Position numbers and translations under genes: made by a program. From NCBI GenBank assembly GCA_964016885.1, contig OZ024740.1:20956001-21020000 (forward strand): 64,000 bases of DNA, given 5' to 3'. How positions within the stretch are numbered: position 1 is the stretch's first letter; the number at the start of each line of letters is the position of its first letter. Source of the DNA: Eledone cirrhosa. Lineage: Eukaryota. Positions 59,306-64,000 of the stretch are shown in pieces. A model generated the notes under the pieces. That model was not told the origin of the DNA. It saw only the letters and a program-made list of their open reading frames with translations, and searched no databases.

Positions 59306-60924
59306 ATGTACCATTCCTTCTTTCAATGTCATATTATCAGACAGTATATCTTGGACTACATTAGACAATGTACCATTCCTCATTTCAAGGTGATATTACA
59401 AACAGTATATCGTGGACTACATTAGACAATGTATCGTTCCTTCTTTCAATGTGATATTATCAGACAGTATATCTTGGACTACATTAGACAATGTACCATT
59501 CCTTCTTTCAATGTGATATTATCAGACAGTATATCTTGGACTACATTAGACAATGTACCATTCCTTCTTTCAAGGTGATATTATCAGACAGTATATCTTG
59601 GACTACATTAGACAATGTACCATTTCTTCCTTCAAGGTGATATTACCAGACAGTATATCCTGGACTAAATTAGACAATGTACCATTCCTTCTTTCAATGT
59701 CATATTATCAGACAGTATATCTTGGACTACATTAGACAATGTACCATTCCTTCTTTCAAGGTGATATTATCAGACAGTATATCTTGGACTACATTAGACA
59801 ATGTACCATTCCTTCTTTCAATGTTATATTATCAGACAGTATAGCTTGGACTATATTAGACAATGTACCATTCCTTCTTTCAATGTGATATTATCAGACA
59901 GTATATCTTGGAATACATTAAACAATATACTATTCTTGTTTCAATGTGATATGATTAGACATTATACCTTGGACTACATTAGACAATGTACCATTCCTTG
60001 TTTCAATGGGATATTATCAGACAGTATATCTTGGACTACATTAGATAATATACCATTCCTTGTTTCAATGTGATATTATCAGACAGTATATCTTGGACTA
60101 CATTAGACAATGTACCATTCCTTCTTTCAAGGTGATATTATCAGACAGTATATTTTGGACTACATTAGACAATGTACCATTCATTCTTTCAAGGTGATAT
60201 TATCAGACGGTATATCTTGGACTACATTAGACAATGTACCATTCCTTCTTTCAAGGTGATATTATCAGACAGTATATCTTGGTCTACATTAGACAATGTA
60301 CCATTCCTTCTTTCAATGTGATATTATCAGACAGTATATCTTGGACTACATTAGACAATGTACCATTCCTTCCTTCAAGGTGATATTATCAGACAGTATA
60401 CCTTGGACTACATTAGACAATGTAACATTCCTTCTTTCAAGGTGATATTATCAGACAGTATATCTTGGACTACATTAGACAATGTACCATTCCTTCTTTC
60501 AATGTGATATTATCAGACAGTATATCTTGGACTACATTAGACAATCTAGCATTCCTTCTTTCAATGTGATATTAGCAGACAGTATATCTTGGACTACATT
60601 ATTCAATGTACCATTCCTTCTTTCAATGTTATATTATCAGACAGTATAGCTTGGACTACGTTAGACAATGTACCATTCCTTCTTTCAAGGTGATATTATC
60701 AGACAGTATATCTTGGACTACATTAGACAATGTACCATTCCTTCTTTCAATGTCATATGATCCGACAGTACATCTTCGACTACATTAGACAATATACCAT
60801 TCCTTGTTTCAATGTGATATTATCAGACAGTATATCTTGGACTACATTAGACAATGTACCATTCCTTCTTTCAAGGTGATATTATCAGACAGTTTATCTT
60901 GGACTACATTAGACAATGTACCAT

Positions 60925-62690
60925 TCCTTCTTTCAATGTGATATTATCAGACAGTATATCTTGAACTACATTAGATGATGTACCATTCCTTCTTTCAATC
61001 TGATATTATCAGACAGTATATCTTGGAGTACATTAGACAATGTACCATTCCTTCTTTCAATGTGATATTATCAGACAGTATAACTTGGACTGCATTAGAC
61101 AATGTACCATTCCTTCTTTCAATGTGATATTATCAGACAGTATATCTTGGACTACATTAGACAATGTACCATTCCGTCTTTCAATGTGATATTATCAGAC
61201 AGTATATCTTGGACTACATTAGACAATATACCATTACTTCTTTCAATGTGATATTATCTGACAGTATATCTTGGACTACATTAGACAATGTACCATTCCT
61301 TCTTTCAAGGTGATATTATCAGACAGTATATCTTGGACTACATTAGACAATGTACCATTCCTTCCTTCAAGGTGATATTATCAGACAGTATATCTTGGAC
61401 TACATTAGACAATGTACCATTTCTTCCTTCAAGGTGATATTATCAGACAGTATATCTTGGACTAAATTAGACAATGTACCATTCCTTCTTTCAATGTCAT
61501 ATTATCAGACAGTATATCTTGGACTACATTAGACAATGTACCATTCCTTCCTTCAAGGTGATATTATCAGACAGTATATCTTGGACTACATTAGACAATG
61601 TACCATTCCTTCTTTCAATGTTATATTATCAGACAGTATATCTTCGACTACATTAGACAATATACCATTCCTTCTTTCAATGTGATATTATCAGACAGTA
61701 TATCTTGGACTACATTAGACAATGTACCATTCTTTCTTTCAAGTTGATATTATCAGACAGTATATCTTGGACTACAATAGACAATGTACCATTCCTACTT
61801 TCAATGTGATATTATCAGACAGTATATCTTGAACTACATTAGATGATGTACCATTCCTTCTTTCAATCTGATATTATCAGACAGTATATCTTGGACTACA
61901 TTAGACAATGTACCATTCCTTCTTTCAATGTGATATTATCAGACAGTATATCTTGGACTACATTAGACAATGTACCATTCCTTCTTTCAATGTGATATTA
62001 TCAGACAGTATATCTTGGACTACATTAGACAATGTACCATTCCGTCTTTCAATGTGATATTATCAGACAGTATATCTTGGACTACATTAGACAATATACC
62101 ATTACTTCTTTCAATGTGATATTATCAGACAGTATATCTTGGACTACATTTGACAATGTACCATTCCTTCTTTCAAGGTGATATTATCAGACAGTATATC
62201 TTGGACTACATTAGACAATGTACCATTCCTTCTTTCAAGGTGATATTATCAGACAGTATATCTTGGACTACATTAGACAATGTACCATTTCTTCCTTCAA
62301 GGTGATATTATCAGACAATATATCTTGGACTAAATTAGACAATGTACCATTCCTTCTTTCAATGTCATATTATCAGACAGTATATCTTGGACTACATTAG
62401 ACAATGTACCATTCCTTCCTTCAAGGTGATATTATCAGACAGTATATATTGGACTACATTAGACAATATACCCTTCCTTCTTTCAATGTTATATTATCAG
62501 ACAGTATATCTTCGACTACATTAGACAATATACCATTCCTTCTTTCAATGTGATATTATCAGACAGTATATCTTGGACTGCATTAGACAATGTACCATTC
62601 TTTCTTTCAAGGTGATATTATCAGACAGTATATCTTGGGCTACAATAGACAATGTACCATTCCTACTTTCAATGTGATATTATCAGACAG
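60925..62690. repeat. 14-monomer (868 bp) tandem duplication, moderately diverged
   Basis: ORF offsets 61350->62218 and 61474->62342. Shared markers are gaactacattagatgatg...caatctgat (60963/61831), attccgtctt, ccattacttc and actaaattag. Confidence 0.85.
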
Positions 62691-63107
62691 TATATCTTGG
62701 ACTACATTAGACAATGTACCATTCCTTCCTTCAAGGTGATATTATCAGACAGTATATCTTGGACTACATTAGACAATGTACCATTCCTTCTTTCAATGTG
62801 ATATTATCAGACAGTATATCTTGGACTACATTATACAATGTACCATTCCTTCTTTCAATGTTATATTATCAGACTGTATATCTTGGACTACATTAGACAA
62901 TATACCATTCCTTCTTTCAATGTGATATTATCAGACAGTATATCTTGGACTACATTAGACAATGTATCGTTCCTTCTTTCAATGTGATATTATCAGACAG
63001 AATACCTTGGACTATATTAGACAATATACCATTCCTTCTTTCAATGTGATATTATCAGACAGTATATCTTGGACTACATTAGACAATGTACCATTCCTTC
63101 TTTCAAG

Positions 63108-64000
63108 GTGATATTATCAGACAGTATATCTTGGACTACATTAGACAATGTACCATTTATTCTTTCAATGTGATATTATCAGACAGTATATCTTGGACTA
63201 CATTAGACAATATACCGTTCCTTTTTTCAATGTGATATTATCAGACAGTATATCTTGGACTACATTAGTCAATGTACCATGTATTCATTCAATGTGATAT
63301 TATCAGACAGTATATCGTGGACTACATTAGACAATATACCATTCCTTGTTTCAATGTGATATTATCAGACAGTAGATCTTGGACTACATTAGACAATGTA
63401 CCGTTTCTTCTTTCAATGTGATATTATCAGACAGTATATCTTGGACTACATTAGCCAATATACCATTCCTTGTTTCAATGTGATATTATCAGACAGTATA
63501 TCTTGGACCACATTAGACAATGTACCATTCCTTCTTTCAAGGTGATATTATCAGACAGTATATCTTGGACTACATTAGACAATGTACCATTCCTTCTTTC
63601 AAGGTGATATTATCAGACAGTATATCTTGGACTACATTAGACAATGTACCGTTCCTTCTTTCAAGGTGATATTATCAGACAGTATATCTTGGTCTACATT
63701 AGACAATGTACCATTCCTTCTTTCAAGGTGATATTATCAGACAGTATATCTTGGACAACATTAGACAATGTACCATTCCTTCTTTCAATGTCATATTATC
63801 CGACAGTATATCTTCGACTACATTAGACAATATACCATTCCTTGTTTCAATGTGATATTATCAGACAGTATATCTTGGACTACATTAGACAATGCACCAT
63901 TCCTTCTTTCAAGGTGATATTATCAGACCGTATATCTTGGACTACAATAGACAATGTACCATTCCTACTTTCAATGTGATATTAACAGACAGTATATATT
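63108..64000. repeat. Third, non-adjacent partial copy of the 1692-bp unit (offset 6956 from the second copy), truncated by the window end
   Basis: ORF 63644 is identical to ORFs 54996 and 56688. The rare variants occur in the same order (ataccgttcctttttt, catgtattcattc, atatcgtgg, agtagatct, ttagccaata, ggaccacatt, tatccgacag, cagaccgtat). Confidence 0.92.

Larger units (their letters stand above)
1..64000. repeat. 62-bp tandem satellite array, about 1,030 head-to-tail monomers, running off both ends of the window
   Basis: Bases 1-62 (agacaatgtaccattccttctttcaaggtgatattatcagacagtatatcttggactacatt) recur with period 62 on every line. ORF-start offsets are multiples of 62 once small indels are counted. 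The monomer has 20-21 G+C out of 62. No unique sequence is seen anywhere. Confidence 0.99.
43240..64000. repeat. More diverged zone of the same satellite, with many private variants and only short local duplications
   Basis: ORF translations become mostly unique, and singleton SNPs and indels increase (+4 at 44223, -17 at 48345, -1 at ~49229 and ~50259). The 43.2-48.7 kb segment still carries degenerate HOR-B markers (-9 at ~47527, -12 at ~47713). Confidence 0.8.

Noticed and set aside
254-63826. About 110 short ORFs (MYHSFFQGDIIRQYILDY...) resembling a peptide gene family
   Set aside because: 62 is not divisible by 3, so a frame cycles through three monomers (186 bp) from the ATG in aatgta to the TAG in cattag. 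ORFs appear only where variants remove the TGA in tgtga. Longer ORFs coincide with frameshifting indels. There is no recognisable domain, no flanking regulatory sequence and no sign of codon-level constraint.
1-64000. CRISPR-like array
   Set aside because: There are no unique spacers. The entire 62 bp is repeated with only point variants, and no leader or cas genes are present.
1-64000. Assignment to a named satellite family, telomeric repeat, rDNA spacer or CENP-B-box satellite
   Set aside because: I do not recognise the monomer. It has no telomeric motif, no rRNA or tRNA sequence and no CENP-B box. Assignment needs a database search.
1-64000. Diversity-generating or antigenic-variation cassette system encoded by the variable positions
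   Set aside because: There is no expression site, reverse transcriptase, recombinase or adenine-specific mutation bias. The variants are inherited in blocks, as expected from ordinary satellite duplication.

Overview
The whole 64 kb window is one AT-rich (about 33% GC) tandem satellite array of roughly 1,030 copies of a 62-bp monomer, consensus AGACAATGTACCATTCCTTCTTTCAA(T/G)GTGATATTATCAGACAGTATATCTTGGACTACATT. It is most likely eukaryotic (peri)centromeric or heterochromatic DNA, but I cannot name the family or organism. I find no credible gene, RNA gene, transposon or CRISPR array. The ~60-aa ORFs are by-products of reading three monomers (186 bp) in frame. The information lies in the variant pattern. 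Positions 1-43.2 kb are built from nested, near-identical higher-order repeats (HORs) and duplications with periods of 1550, 3099, 3643-4201, 4525/4526, 9297 and 9964 bp, each equal to n x 62 plus diagnostic indels. Positions 43.2-64 kb are more diverged, with only local duplications (455, 518, 868, 1692 bp). The most unusual features are: (1) a single blunt, length-neutral 87-bp inversion at 59219-59305, the only reverse-orientation sequence seen; (2) a T7 patch replacing AGTATAT at the same monomer position as the inversion's left breakpoint; (3) an 84-bp variant monomer whose copies mutate stepwise along the array; (4) a 17-bp microhomology deletion enabled by an earlier SNP. All alignments were done by eye and from ORF-track offsets, so block boundaries are approximate to within about one monomer.
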